Shown here: positions 1 through 9,622 of the stretch, in pieces | How positions within the stretch are numbered: position 1 is the stretch's first letter | Layout of the letters: the number at the start of each line of letters is the position of its first letter | DNA from: a virus | Lineage: Duplodnaviria; Caudoviricetes | DNA length: 64,000 nt | Virus record (IMG/VR): IMGVR_UViG_2974753081_000001 | Location: 32,001 to 96,000 of that record | Direction: 5' to 3' (one strand) | Notes under the pieces: generated by a model | Databases searched by the model: none | Seen by the model: only the letters and a program-made list of their open reading frames with translations | Told to the model about the DNA's origin: nothing | Program-made: the position numbers and the translations under genes

Positions 1-1980
1 GAGCACCAGAACTATGTGAATCAGCTCGCAGCTCGCATCGTCACCCACGCCAACAACGGCCTGAGCACGGCTAGGGTGCCCAAGGTCACCAGCGGCACCG
101 TGGCCCGCCCCACCACGAACGGCATCTGGTTCTGGAACTGCGGACTCGGCGGCACGATCTCATCGAATTACATCGGCACCGACCGACAGTCGCTGATGAA
201 CTCGCTTCAGCCCGACATCATGATCCACATGATCGGGGCGAACGACTATCGCAATCAGAACGTCCCGTATGCCACGTTCAAGAGCAACTGCCAGGCGGTT
301 GTCAACGACGCCCGCACTCGGGTGCCCGGCGTCAAGCACGTGTTCATTCACAGCTACGTCCCCCTCGACGTCACCGGGAATCCGACCTACCGCTGGGAGG
401 GGTACGAGACTGCACTCTATGAGTTGGAGGCGGCGAACTCCGACGTCATCACCATCACCGTGCGCCCCGAGTTCGAGGCGCAGGGTGTGGTCCTCAACGG
501 CACCGATCCCAACGACCTCATCGGCACCGACAATATCCACGCTTTGCCTGCGGGCTACAAAATGCTCGCCAACCTGTGTGCGGACAAGCTCCAGCTTCAG
601 CGTCGGCACAACCAGCCCATTTTCCGAATGGATGCGAATCAGCTGACGGCCTACGCAAACGGTGCGGAGGTCACCAGCGCGCCTCCGCCTGCCGACGTCA
701 TGGAGCAGACCGCAGGTGGGGCCGGTCAGACGGCGGGTCAGCGCCCGACCATGATTACGGCGGCGATCAACGGCAATCGCGCTCTCAGCTTCGACGGTGT
801 GGATGACACATTGGACACGAACTTCGTTCGCTCCTACGGACTCCCGGTGACCAAGTTCATGGTGCTGAAGGTGGCTGGCGGCTCGGCGTCCAAGCCGTTC
901 TTCTCCCGCACGACCCTCAACCACAACGGCTATGTGTGGGCCTTCGCCGACAGCAGCACTCCGTACAAGGTCTACTACCCATCGAACTCTCCGACGGGCA
1001 ACAGCTTCGTGTACCTCGACCCCAATCGCTGGGTGATCATGGCCGTGGTCTACACCGCTACCGACGACCAGATCATGTACATGAACTCGCTCGAAGGTGC
1101 TCCTTCATACAGCACCGGAACTGATCCCGATACGCAGAATGGTCCGTTCATCACGTCGATGCGCTACGGCGCGAACACGGGTCGCAACACCTTCGCTCAG
1201 ATGCAGGTGGCCTATGGCGAATTGGTGCAGGGCGAGCTGTCTCCGACTGAGGTCGCCGAGCGGATGAATAACCTTGCTGCGCGCTTCGCGGTCACGCTCG
1301 ATCCCACCGCGCCCGTACCTCCCCCTCCTCCGCCCCGCACGTATCTGCGCGACATCGGCACGCAGAGCTACGCGAACACCTTTCAAACCGGAGCCAACCG
1401 CGATCTCACGGCGGACGGTTGGGTGGATCGTTCGTACTCGACAGGCACATATCAGCTTTCGGACTACGCGGGCGGTAACGTCAACAACTCTCCGCGTCGT
1501 CTGATCCCGTCCGGTGTTGGCTCTTACCGTGCGTACAACTGCTACTACTGGAACACCCAGCTTTCGTCAGGAGCGATGTGGGCACGGGTGAAGATTTACA
1601 AGCCGCCAGCCGCTGCTGACCCGAACGGCGGCATCGGTCTCGTTCTCAGGCACAGCACGACCGCAGGACACTTTCTGAAGGTGATGACGAACGGCGATTG
1701 GCGTATCTCCTACGGCACCTCGAATGCCTCTACGACCGCTGAGAGCCCCATCCGTGCATCGGGAACTATCGGCAGGGAGTTGGTGCCGGGTGACGAGTTG
1801 GTCGCACTGGTTACGGCGTCCAATGACTATCACTTCTATGTGAACGATGCGAAGTTGGGAACCGTCAACAACTCCACTGGTAGCACGAACCGGTATGCAG
1901 GAGTTTTGATCTCACAAAACGACGCAGGCGAGTTGTACGACTTCAAGTGCGGGGTCATGGGGTCGGACGTCCCTCCGTAG
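1..1980 (+). CDS. 5'-truncated virion/tail appendage protein: SGNH/GDSL hydrolase domain plus beta-sandwich (LamG/ConA-like) domains
   Basis: Frame is open from base 1 (EHQNYVNQ...). SGNH blocks II (NCGLGG), III (MIGAND) and V (DNIH) are present, followed by 'INGNRALSFDGVDD' typical of LamG-like domains and a Pro-rich linker. Confidence 0.7.
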   Translation, partial: EHQNYVNQLAARIVTHANNGLSTARVPKVTSGTVARPTTNGIWFWNCGLGGTISSNYIGTDRQSLMNSLQPDIMIHMIGANDYRNQNVPYATFKSNCQAVVNDARTRVPGVKHVFIHSYVPLDVTGNPTYRWEGYETALYELEAANSDVITITVRPEFEAQGVVLNGTDPNDLIGTDNIHALPAGYKMLANLCADKLQLQRRHNQPIFRMDANQLTAYANGAEVTSAPPPADVMEQTAGGAGQTAGQRPTMITAAINGNRALSFDGVDDTLDTNFVRSYGLPVTKFMVLKVAGGSASKPFFSRTTLNHNGYVWAFADSSTPYKVYYPSNSPTGNSFVYLDPNRWVIMAVVYTATDDQIMYMNSLEGAPSYSTGTDPDTQNGPFITSMRYGANTGRNTFAQMQVAYGELVQGELSPTEVAERMNNLAARFAVTLDPTAPVPPPPPPRTYLRDIGTQSYANTFQTGANRDLTADGWVDRSYSTGTYQLSDYAGGNVNNSPRRLIPSGVGSYRAYNCYYWNTQLSSGAMWARVKIYKPPAAADPNGGIGLVLRHSTTAGHFLKVMTNGDWRISYGTSNASTTAESPIRASGTIGRELVPGDELVALVTASNDYHFYVNDAKLGTVNNSTGSTNRYAGVLISQNDAGELYDFKCGVMGSDVPP

Positions 1981-2002
1981 GTCGTCACGGGATTCACGAC
2001 GC

Positions 2003-2077
2003 TGCAACCCGAAGAACGCCGCCGTCGTGTCGGCAGCAGCCCATGACCTCGGTCGACACTGTAGCGTGAGGGTTGCA
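2003..2077 (+). other. long bulged stem-loop in intergenic region
   Basis: TGCAACCC(2003-10)/GGGTTGCA(2070-77), ACGC/GCGT, GTGTCGGC(2027-34)/GTCGACAC(2052-59). Confidence 0.5.
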
Positions 2078-2110
2078 AGCCCCATTACCCCTCCAGAGTG
2101 GAGAAATAAA

Positions 2111-2650
2111 ATGCCGATGGCACCCCTGACTGAACTTCCCGAGAATCCGTCCATCGAGGACTACAAGCGGTTCGAGGGCACCCTCTACGTCAAGAACAAC
2201 TCGGTCCATGCGGTCACCTGCAATGTCGAGGGCCAGCCCCGGTTCCTGCTGCAGCCCTACGGCCACGACGGCGACTGCCAGATTCTTCCCCGGCATGCGC
2301 TCGACGTCGCCGGGTTCCAGAAGATCATCTACAAGGGCCAGGTCACGGTCTCGCCGGACCTCGCGGAGTACGCGATCCGGGGCGCGATGCGACAGGACGA
2401 AGAGCGCGACCGGCAGATCGCCGAGATCGAGTCTCTGACCGAGGAGAACAGCTCCAAGAAGGACCTGGTGCAGAGTAATTGCCTGGTCTGCAAGGAGCTG
2501 GTGTTCCAACGGCAGGGCGATGTCGCCGGTCTGGTGCCCCCGCTCTGCACCGCCCACGAGGATCGAGCGTCGCACTACCTGGGTACTCCGGTGCAGAATG
2601 ACGATGGAACCATCGGGGCGACCTTCGCCCTGCTACCGAACAGGAGCTGA
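2111..2650 (+). CDS. hypothetical protein, C-terminal CxxC...CxxH
   Basis: GGAG RBS before ATG 2111; phage-like codon usage. Confidence 0.7.
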   Translation: MPMAPLTELPENPSIEDYKRFEGTLYVKNNSVHAVTCNVEGQPRFLLQPYGHDGDCQILPRHALDVAGFQKIIYKGQVTVSPDLAEYAIRGAMRQDEERDRQIAEIESLTEENSSKKDLVQSNCLVCKELVFQRQGDVAGLVPPLCTAHEDRASHYLGTPVQNDDGTIGATFALLPNRS

Positions 2651-2652
2651 CT

Positions 2653-3237
2653 ATGGCCGACACCGATCCCCTGGTGCCCGAGACCGAAAACACCACCGCG
2701 CTTGACGACGCGGCGAAGTCCCCCGAGGACTCTGCCGACCCCACCGTGACTGCCACTGGCGATCCGGCGGTCGAGGAGAAGCCCAAGCGTGGCTCGCGCT
2801 CGCGGGCGGCGAAGAAGGAAGAGGTCAAGGACGCGGCGGAGGCCAAGGCTCCCACCGCTGCCGAGGCCCGCGCCGCCGAGACCAACGATCCGGCACCGGA
2901 CCCGCTCGACATCCACTCGGAGCGCACTCTTGACGTCGCCGACTCGCTGGGCTCGGATGCCATCCGCGCCGAGTACGCGGCTGCCGAGCGTGGCGACAAT
3001 TCGGACCTGCTGAGGGCCGGGTACCAGGTGTCTCAGTTCGACACCACGGGCAGCGGCAGCGTCCTGGACGCGCTTGCCTTCCCGACCGAGCGCGCACTCA
3101 ACGCCGAGAAGCGAGTCGAGGAGGTCCAGGGCATCACGGTCGACCGTCCGGATCGCCCGGTCATCGCTGCGGACTCCCTGGAGGACTCCGACGCCGAAGC
3201 TCTCACCAAGAGCGCACCGGTCGACGGCGAGAAGTAG
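2653..3237 (+). CDS. acidic low-complexity hypothetical protein (possibly virion-associated)
   Basis: AGGAG RBS; 194 aa, D/E/A-rich. Confidence 0.7.
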   Translation: MADTDPLVPETENTTALDDAAKSPEDSADPTVTATGDPAVEEKPKRGSRSRAAKKEEVKDAAEAKAPTAAEARAAETNDPAPDPLDIHSERTLDVADSLGSDAIRAEYAAAERGDNSDLLRAGYQVSQFDTTGSGSVLDALAFPTERALNAEKRVEEVQGITVDRPDRPVIAADSLEDSDAEALTKSAPVDGEK

Positions 3238-3249
3238 CCTGATAAGCGA

Positions 3250-3289
3250 GCGGGGGCCGTGAGCTGCGACCTGCGGCCACGGCTCCCGT
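3250..3289 (+). terminator. GC-rich hairpin (terminator or processing site)
   Basis: GCGGGGGCCGTG/CACGGCTCCCGT stem with inner GCTGC/GCGGC; no U-tract. Confidence 0.45.
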
Positions 3290-3311
3290 TATCGCGTACT
3301 AGGAGGTCCTG

Positions 3312-4247
3312 ATGCCGACGAACTTCCCCGAGGGCAATGACAGCTTCATCGAGCCGTCATCCCCGGAGACCACCCCGCTGTCCTCGGCGGGCTCCGGCAA
3401 CCGAGACCACTACAACCACCACAAGGATGTCGGCGACGCCATCGAGGCGATGCAGGCCAATGTCCCGCTGAAGAGTCACGATCACTCCGGCACCGGCCCT
3501 CGCGCGACCCCGAAGCTGCGGCAGGAGAACACCCACGAGGGTGCCGATACCGATTCGTCGGCGACCGCGATCCACCACACCCTCGGCACCGGACCGAATC
3601 AGGCTGCGCGCGGCAACCACACCCACAACGCCAGGGACATCATCGGCATGGGGTGGACCACCTGCACGTCGACCACGCGGCCCTCCGATCCGCCCCTCGG
3701 CATGACGATCTACGAGACCGACACCAATCGCGTCTATGTCTGGGCCACGTTCCCTCCGGCCACCGGTCCGTCGTGGCGACTGCTCCCGATCGCGAGCTAC
3801 CCGATCTGCCGCCTGCTCCAGGGTGCCGCTCAGAAGGTCTACCCCGCCGGGTCGGTCATCGAGTGGCGCACCGAGGAGGAGGACACTTTCGGTATGTTCA
3901 GCTCCGCCACGTCGATGACTGAGATCACGATCCCGGTGGCTGGTCTCTATGAGGTGACAACCTCGGTCGCCTGGAACAACACCGACATCTTCGGCGACTG
4001 GGCGGAGACGATCATCCTGCTCAACGGCCAGGAGACCTACCGCAGGACCTTCGAGTTCATCCGTGGCCGGACCATCTTCTCCCCCGGCAAGCCCCAGACC
4101 GTGGACGCCACCGGCCTGATCCGTTACAACGCGGGCGACAGGATCGGCGTCAAGGCCAAGCACAACGGCACCACCTGGCAGTGGACCTACTCCAGCACCG
4201 CCGACAAGCAGGACACCCGCATCGAGATCAGGTACGTGAGCCCATGA
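3312..4247 (+). CDS. minor virion/tail fibre-like protein (His-rich N-terminus, C1q/TNF-like C-terminal beta domain)
   Basis: AGGAGG RBS; 'CTSTTRP..GMTIYETDT' motif common in actinophage minor tail proteins; 'ITIPVAGLYEV' C1q-like. Confidence 0.55.
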   Translation: MPTNFPEGNDSFIEPSSPETTPLSSAGSGNRDHYNHHKDVGDAIEAMQANVPLKSHDHSGTGPRATPKLRQENTHEGADTDSSATAIHHTLGTGPNQAARGNHTHNARDIIGMGWTTCTSTTRPSDPPLGMTIYETDTNRVYVWATFPPATGPSWRLLPIASYPICRLLQGAAQKVYPAGSVIEWRTEEEDTFGMFSSATSMTEITIPVAGLYEVTTSVAWNNTDIFGDWAETIILLNGQETYRRTFEFIRGRTIFSPGKPQTVDATGLIRYNAGDRIGVKAKHNGTTWQWTYSSTADKQDTRIEIRYVSP

Positions 4248-5233
4248 CGAGCCCATACCCCTACACCGGCATCGGCGTGTTCTCGCCGAAGGCGCTGTCG
4301 TACTCGCTGGCCCGCAAGCAGGTTGCCCAGAGTGCCTACGGCGACCTCGGCGTGACGGTGGTCGGCCCGGACTCCAAGCCGGTCGACGCCACCGACGTCT
4401 CGGTCAGGGTCACGCTCGACACCGACTTCGACGGCACGACCTCCGAGGTCGACGGCGAGGCTCCCGAGGGTCGCGAGATCGCTTCGTTCTCGGGGTCGCA
4501 GGTTCGCCATGATCCCGAGGATCCCGGCGTCTACACCGTCACCCTCACCCCGGAGCACACCGCCGAGCGCGGCAACCTCACGGCGGTCTGGACGTTCTCT
4601 GTCGACGGCTCCCAGGCGACCTACGTCGACTACCTGCAGATCATCGAGCAGATGCCGACCTACGACGCGCTGCGCCCGGAGGAGCAGGACATCGTCCAGC
4701 GCGTGTCGTGGATGTTCGCCGACCTGTTCGACTCCACCAACGGTGGCCCGAACCTGATGGAGCAGTTCCAGTCGCACTTCGGCTTCGAGCGCATCGCTCA
4801 GCTGATGCACCTGGCCATGAACCGGATCAACACCTACGGCGTGCCGATGACCAACTTCGGCCTCGGCGAGGGATCGACCAAGCTTCCCGAGGGCTTCGAC
4901 GGGTTCCTGATGATGGGCACCTATCTGGAGGTGCTGCGACACCTGATCCGCAGCTACACCGAGCAGCCGAACTTGGTCGCCATGACGGTGACCTACACCG
5001 ACCGCCGTGACTACGCGCAGCGGTGGCGCTCGATCCTGGACGAGGAGAAGCAGGACTATCTCGACGCGCTGAAGCTCGCCAAGCGCAAGCTGCTCGGACT
5101 CGGCGGCGGCTCGCTGCTGGTGGCCGGGGGCATCTATGGCGGCGCTGGCCGGTCGTTCTACAAGTCGAGCTATGCGATGCAGGCGCGCGCGGCCCGGTTC
5201 TATCCATACGCATCCATCATCGTGAGGCGGTGA
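4244..5233 (+). CDS. head-to-tail adaptor/neck protein
   Basis: ATGA overlap with upstream gene; Ig-like N-terminus plus helical C-terminus; position before stopper/terminator genes. Confidence 0.55.
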   Translation: MTSPYPYTGIGVFSPKALSYSLARKQVAQSAYGDLGVTVVGPDSKPVDATDVSVRVTLDTDFDGTTSEVDGEAPEGREIASFSGSQVRHDPEDPGVYTVTLTPEHTAERGNLTAVWTFSVDGSQATYVDYLQIIEQMPTYDALRPEEQDIVQRVSWMFADLFDSTNGGPNLMEQFQSHFGFERIAQLMHLAMNRINTYGVPMTNFGLGEGSTKLPEGFDGFLMMGTYLEVLRHLIRSYTEQPNLVAMTVTYTDRRDYAQRWRSILDEEKQDYLDALKLAKRKLLGLGGGSLLVAGGIYGGAGRSFYKSSYAMQARAARFYPYASIIVRR

Positions 5234-5236
5234 CCC

Positions 5237-5842
5237 GTGGCTAGGGTCGACCTGACTGAGCCGTTCGCCATTCGCAATGCGCGCAAGGCGGTCACCGAGT
5301 CGCTGCAGGCGCACGGCGAGGAGGTCATCGGGCTGGCGATGTACCACGTGCTCACCGACCCGAAGCACCCCCGCTGCCCCAACTGCTACGACCCGGACTA
5401 CAAGCAGGCCGACAAGGCTGGCTGCGATATCTGCTACGGCACCTCGCTGCAGGGCGGAGTCAAGCAGATGGCTCGGATGTGGGCGATGTTCGATGACTCC
5501 CCCGACATCGAGGACATCACCAAGCGCGGTGTCTGGAATCCGGGCAACCGCAACGTGCAGCTGGAGGCCAACCCGCACCTCATCGAGCACGACTACGTCT
5601 TCCGAGTGCGGCGCTGGAGCCGGGACCACCGGCCTCTGGAGCTGGGGGATGCGTTCTCGCTCGATCGCGTGACGATCATGAGCCTGCGCACCGGCAACCA
5701 GTACACCCAGGACGACAACGACCGCGTCGGCCAGAAGTGTCAGGCGCACCTGCTCGACACTTCGCACGTGATCTACAAGGCCAACGGTCGCATCATCTCG
5801 CCGGACTTCCCGATCTCGCGCTCGGACGGTCTGCCGCGATGA
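5237..5842 (+). CDS. head-to-tail connector (stopper-like) with CxxC...CxxC
   Basis: CPNC...CDIC motif; synteny in neck module. Confidence 0.5.
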   Translation: MARVDLTEPFAIRNARKAVTESLQAHGEEVIGLAMYHVLTDPKHPRCPNCYDPDYKQADKAGCDICYGTSLQGGVKQMARMWAMFDDSPDIEDITKRGVWNPGNRNVQLEANPHLIEHDYVFRVRRWSRDHRPLELGDAFSLDRVTIMSLRTGNQYTQDDNDRVGQKCQAHLLDTSHVIYKANGRIISPDFPISRSDGLPR

Positions 5843-6306
5843 AGACGCCTCTGCCGATCCGGCTGACCCAGCGAATCTCGGAGCGCGCGGTCATCAACGC
5901 TCGCGCCGGTATCGCTCGGCGCGGATGGTCGCGGGGCGCTCAGCTGTCCATCGAGCCCGCACCGAAGCCGGGCAGCGCGGGGTTGCGCACCACACGCAAG
6001 TACCTGCTGTACCAGGAGTACGGCACGCGCCCGTTCCTCATGACCTCGCTGGAGGGCAAGACCGTCCCGATCCGGGGCCAGTTCTTTCGGGTCAAGGGTG
6101 TCGGCATGCCGGGCATGGGCTACCAGGATCGCAAGTACGAAGCGCACAAGGGTCCGATCTGGCGCGACCAGCGGTGGCGGCATCCCGGCATCCGTCCCGA
6201 GGGATTCATGCAGAACGCACTCAGGCAGGCGATGCTGGAGAGCGGCCCCCTGATTCAGCGCGAGATGATGGACACCCTGAAGGGAGACAAGCATGGCCGC
6301 AGCTAG
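5839..6306 (+). CDS. HK97 gp10-like neck/tail completion protein
   Basis: ATGA overlap; 'YLLYQEYGTRP...HPGIRPEGFMQNAL' motif typical of gp10-like proteins. Confidence 0.6.
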   Translation: MKTPLPIRLTQRISERAVINARAGIARRGWSRGAQLSIEPAPKPGSAGLRTTRKYLLYQEYGTRPFLMTSLEGKTVPIRGQFFRVKGVGMPGMGYQDRKYEAHKGPIWRDQRWRHPGIRPEGFMQNALRQAMLESGPLIQREMMDTLKGDKHGRS

Positions 6307-7003
6307 CTTCGATCCCGAGAAGGACGTGAACAAGCCCATCGAGGGGTCTCCGGGCGGACCGGTCGAGGCCGTGAAGCGCGGCGTGATCCAGGCGTTCCGG
6401 GTGGCGCTGAACGGCTCGACCTTCAACGACGATTCGTCTCCGGTTTATGTGGAGATGGAGTACCCGCTGGAGAAGGTCCACTACCCCGGCGTCTGGGTGC
6501 AGTTCTCGCTGACCTCGCTGTCTCCGGCGGGTCACGGGCACCTGTTCCGGGACCCCGACAGTGGGGACCTGCTGCAGGAGATGGTCTACCAGGGGCGTGT
6601 CACGCTGACGCTGGTGGCGCTGTCCTCGCGCGAGCGAGACCGGCTGGCCGACCTCATCATCAACACGCTGAGCTTCAGCCGGGTGTCGTCGCCGAACGTC
6701 ATCACCGAGAACGGGTACCAGGAGACGTTCTCGCCGCTGTACGACGAGTTCAACAAAAATCCCCACGTCTCGATCTCGATCAATTCGGATCGTCCGAACC
6801 CGATGGGGCAGGCCGTCAACGTCGGCACTCCGTGGGACCCCGACACGCTGGTCTATGAAGACGCATACTCATTTGAGGTGCTCGGACAGTTTATGCTCGT
6901 GACTAGCAACGAGGGCCTGTACCGGCTGAAGCGCGTCGACATCAACTACGACTTCGCACCGCGTCCTCCGGCTGGAGACGATGGCGAAGGCGCTTGGATA
7001 TAG
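6293..7003 (+). CDS. tail terminator/tail completion protein
   Basis: Immediately upstream of sheath; 'YP' and 'ERDRLADLI' features. Confidence 0.55.
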   Translation: MAAASFDPEKDVNKPIEGSPGGPVEAVKRGVIQAFRVALNGSTFNDDSSPVYVEMEYPLEKVHYPGVWVQFSLTSLSPAGHGHLFRDPDSGDLLQEMVYQGRVTLTLVALSSRERDRLADLIINTLSFSRVSSPNVITENGYQETFSPLYDEFNKNPHVSISINSDRPNPMGQAVNVGTPWDPDTLVYEDAYSFEVLGQFMLVTSNEGLYRLKRVDINYDFAPRPPAGDDGEGAWI

Positions 7004-7050
7004 GACACTGACAAGAGAGGCAGCTCTCAACCGAGCAGGGAGAACACGAA

Positions 7051-8511
7051 ATGGCCGACTTCACCACCTACCAGGCACCGGGACTCTACACCGAGTCCGT
7101 GCCCGGCCCTCAGCTGTCCGTGCAGTCCGCGACACCGACGGCGGTGGGAATCTTCGGTCAGGCGCTGGGCTACCGGACCTTCACTGAGTCGCTGACCATC
7201 GACCCCGACACCCAGGACCCGGAGACCACCGAGTTCTCTCCGGCGATCAACCGCACGTTGCAGAAGGCGGGCATCCGCACCGACACGATCGTGGTGCGTA
7301 ACCCGAACTCCGGCGAGGCGTATGCGCTCAACACCGACTACACCGTCGAGCGAGTCTCCAGTGGCGGCTCCACCCAGTCCGATCGCGACGATCTCTACAC
7401 GATCCGGCGCGTGCTGGATGACGACGGCGGTCACATCGACCAGGGCGACGTCGTGGAGGTGACCTACAACTACACCGACGACGAGTACTTCGAGGCCGCT
7501 ACGTTCTACGACTACGACGACGTGCGCGAGCAGTACGGCGTGCCGTTCGATGCCCTCGGCAATGTCCAGTCCGAGCTGACCCTCGCGGTCAGCTTCGCTT
7601 TCCAGAACGGCGCGCAGCGCGTCATCTGCTCGGCGGTGGACCCGGTCGACAAGGCCAACCCGACGATGGCCGACTACCAGACCGCGCTGGACCGACTGAA
7701 GGACGACCCTGATGTCGCCATCGTGGTGCCCGCGACCGGCGCGCAGGCCGTGCAGAGTCTCGTGGTCAGCCACATCAACAACCAGGCCCGCAATCGCTAC
7801 GAGCGGCGCGCGGTCATCGGTCGCGATGGCTCCGGCAGTGCGGTCACCCACACCCAGCTCATCTCTGACGCGCAGGCGATCAGCGAGTCGCGCATCGCGC
7901 TGGTCTCCCCGGCGGCGATGAAGTACTTCGCTCCGGAGCTGAACAAGGAGATCGTCGTCGGCGGTCAGTACCTGGCCGCTGCGGTCGCCGGTCGCTCGGT
8001 CTCACAGAGCCCGTCGATCCCGTTGACCCGCAAGCAGGTGCGCGGTTTCGCCGACGTCGCGGTCAAGGACCCCGAGGCTCGGCGCGATCTGCAGTCCAGC
8101 AACGGGCTGATGGTCGTGGAGAGGACCCGCTCGGGACAGATTCAGGTGCGCCACGGCGTGACCACCAACGCTGGCGACACGCTGGTGCGCGAGTGGAACA
8201 TCATCGGCCAGGAGGACGCGATGGTGTACCGCCTGCGCGGCTACCTGGACAGCGAGGCCCTCATCGGCGGCGTGATCGATGACCTCACGCTGGTCAACAT
8301 CAAGGCGTCCGCCGACGCTGCGCTCGGCTCGCTGGTGACCGACCGGATCATCAACGGCTACGTCGACCTGAAGGTCCGGCAGCTCAACACCCAGCCGGAC
8401 GTGGTCGAGATTCGGTACGCATGGCGTCCGGCTCTGCCGCTGAACTACATCATGGTCCGGTACAGCGTGAACGTCTCGACCGGCACCGAGACCGCGCTCC
8501 AGTCCATCTGA
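7051..8511 (+). CDS. tail sheath protein
   Basis: N-terminal 'YQAPGLYTE' and C-terminal 'WRPALPLNYI' sheath motifs; 486 aa. Confidence 0.9.
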   Translation: MADFTTYQAPGLYTESVPGPQLSVQSATPTAVGIFGQALGYRTFTESLTIDPDTQDPETTEFSPAINRTLQKAGIRTDTIVVRNPNSGEAYALNTDYTVERVSSGGSTQSDRDDLYTIRRVLDDDGGHIDQGDVVEVTYNYTDDEYFEAATFYDYDDVREQYGVPFDALGNVQSELTLAVSFAFQNGAQRVICSAVDPVDKANPTMADYQTALDRLKDDPDVAIVVPATGAQAVQSLVVSHINNQARNRYERRAVIGRDGSGSAVTHTQLISDAQAISESRIALVSPAAMKYFAPELNKEIVVGGQYLAAAVAGRSVSQSPSIPLTRKQVRGFADVAVKDPEARRDLQSSNGLMVVERTRSGQIQVRHGVTTNAGDTLVREWNIIGQEDAMVYRLRGYLDSEALIGGVIDDLTLVNIKASADAALGSLVTDRIINGYVDLKVRQLNTQPDVVEIRYAWRPALPLNYIMVRYSVNVSTGTETALQSI

Positions 8512-8539
8512 TCCGACCGACAACCACCAGGAGTAACCC

Positions 8540-9010
8540 ATGAGTCAGAGCAAGATCAGGGTCGGCGGGTCAGGCTTCACCGTCATGACCTGGCAGGGCA
8601 AGCAGCTCGCCTGGCTGCAGATCATGAACGACACCGCTCCGACGGCTGTCGCTGCGGCCCAGGCCATCCAGCCCATCGACGAAGAGCATCCCGTCGAGAT
8701 CGTCACGGCACAGGCCGTCGGGGCGGGCACGCTCCAGCTGACGTTCTTCGAGTTGTGGAACGCTCCGGTCTGGGCGCAGCTGCCCGGCTTCGAGGGCACC
8801 AACAACCTGCTCGACGTGCTGAAGCGCCAGCTGTCGCTGGGCACGATCACCTGTCGCAAGGTCGTGAAGAATCCGTCGGGGGCCTACCGCACCCGCGTCT
8901 ATCACAACTGCGTGATCACCGACTTCGACGAATCCGAGCGCATCGACATCGGCGTGCTCTCGCTGCCAAAGAGCATCAGGATCCAGTACACCCACACGAC
9001 TGCGGTCTAA
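8540..9010 (+). CDS. tail tube protein
   Basis: 156 aa directly after sheath; 'YHNCVITD' tube-like motif. Confidence 0.8.
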   Translation: MSQSKIRVGGSGFTVMTWQGKQLAWLQIMNDTAPTAVAAAQAIQPIDEEHPVEIVTAQAVGAGTLQLTFFELWNAPVWAQLPGFEGTNNLLDVLKRQLSLGTITCRKVVKNPSGAYRTRVYHNCVITDFDESERIDIGVLSLPKSIRIQYTHTTAV

Positions 9011-9042
9011 GCTGAGGGGACCCGACTCGGAAGGGAGTCTCG

Positions 9043-9138
9043 ATGGATAGCAACACGCTCGACATCATCATCCTCATCCTGGTCAGCATCTCGCTGCTGC
9101 TCCAGCTGTTCGGCTACGCGCGGAGGACTCGACCATGA
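9043..9138 (+). CDS. 31-aa single-TM membrane microprotein
   Basis: GGGAG RBS; MDSNTLDIIILILVSISLLLQLFGYARRTRP; ATGA overlap with next gene; absent from ORF track. Confidence 0.6.
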   Translation: MDSNTLDIIILILVSISLLLQLFGYARRTRP

Positions 9139-9293
9139 TCATTCTCGGCGTCATCCTGTTGGTCCTCGGCCTGCTGCTCGGCATTCCGGTGCTCTGGTAC
9201 ATCGGTCTCGCGCTGATCATCATCGGCGCGCTGCTGTGGATTCTCAGTGCCTCCGGTCGTCCGATCGGTGGTCGCCCCTACAGGTACTACTGA
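9135..9293 (+). CDS. 52-aa two-TM membrane protein, DUF6131-like
   Basis: MIILGVILLVLGLLLGIPVLWYIGLALIIIGALLWILSASGRPIGGRPYRYY; GGAGG RBS; resembles actinobacterial 'MIILG...GGRRHYY' small hydrophobic proteins. Confidence 0.65.
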   Translation: MIILGVILLVLGLLLGIPVLWYIGLALIIIGALLWILSASGRPIGGRPYRYY

Positions 9294-9622
9294 TGCGGGG
9301 CCTGGAGCGTCAGTCCGACGCCTACACCATCGTCTCGGGCACCCAGCCACACCAGGCGGCAGCTCTGCCCACTGACGCTGAAGTGGCCGCGCTCGGTCTG
9401 CATCGCTCCGGGCCTGCCATCACTGCCGGAATGCTCCGCAAGGCGGAGGCGTACTCGGCGGCGGAGGTCGATGAGCAGATTCGTATCTCGACCGCGATGG
9501 AGCCCGACATCGATGCCTCCGACATCGCGACGATCCGGAGCGTGGCCGAGGGCAATCTGGCGAACGGTTACGACCTGTACGACGCCGTCCGCGACGCCAT
9601 CGACTCTGTGATGGATCGCTGA
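9293..9622 (+). CDS. hypothetical protein, paralog A (shared N-terminal leader)
   Basis: TGATG overlap; begins MRGLERQSDAY. Confidence 0.7.
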   Translation: MRGLERQSDAYTIVSGTQPHQAAALPTDAEVAALGLHRSGPAITAGMLRKAEAYSAAEVDEQIRISTAMEPDIDASDIATIRSVAEGNLANGYDLYDAVRDAIDSVMDR

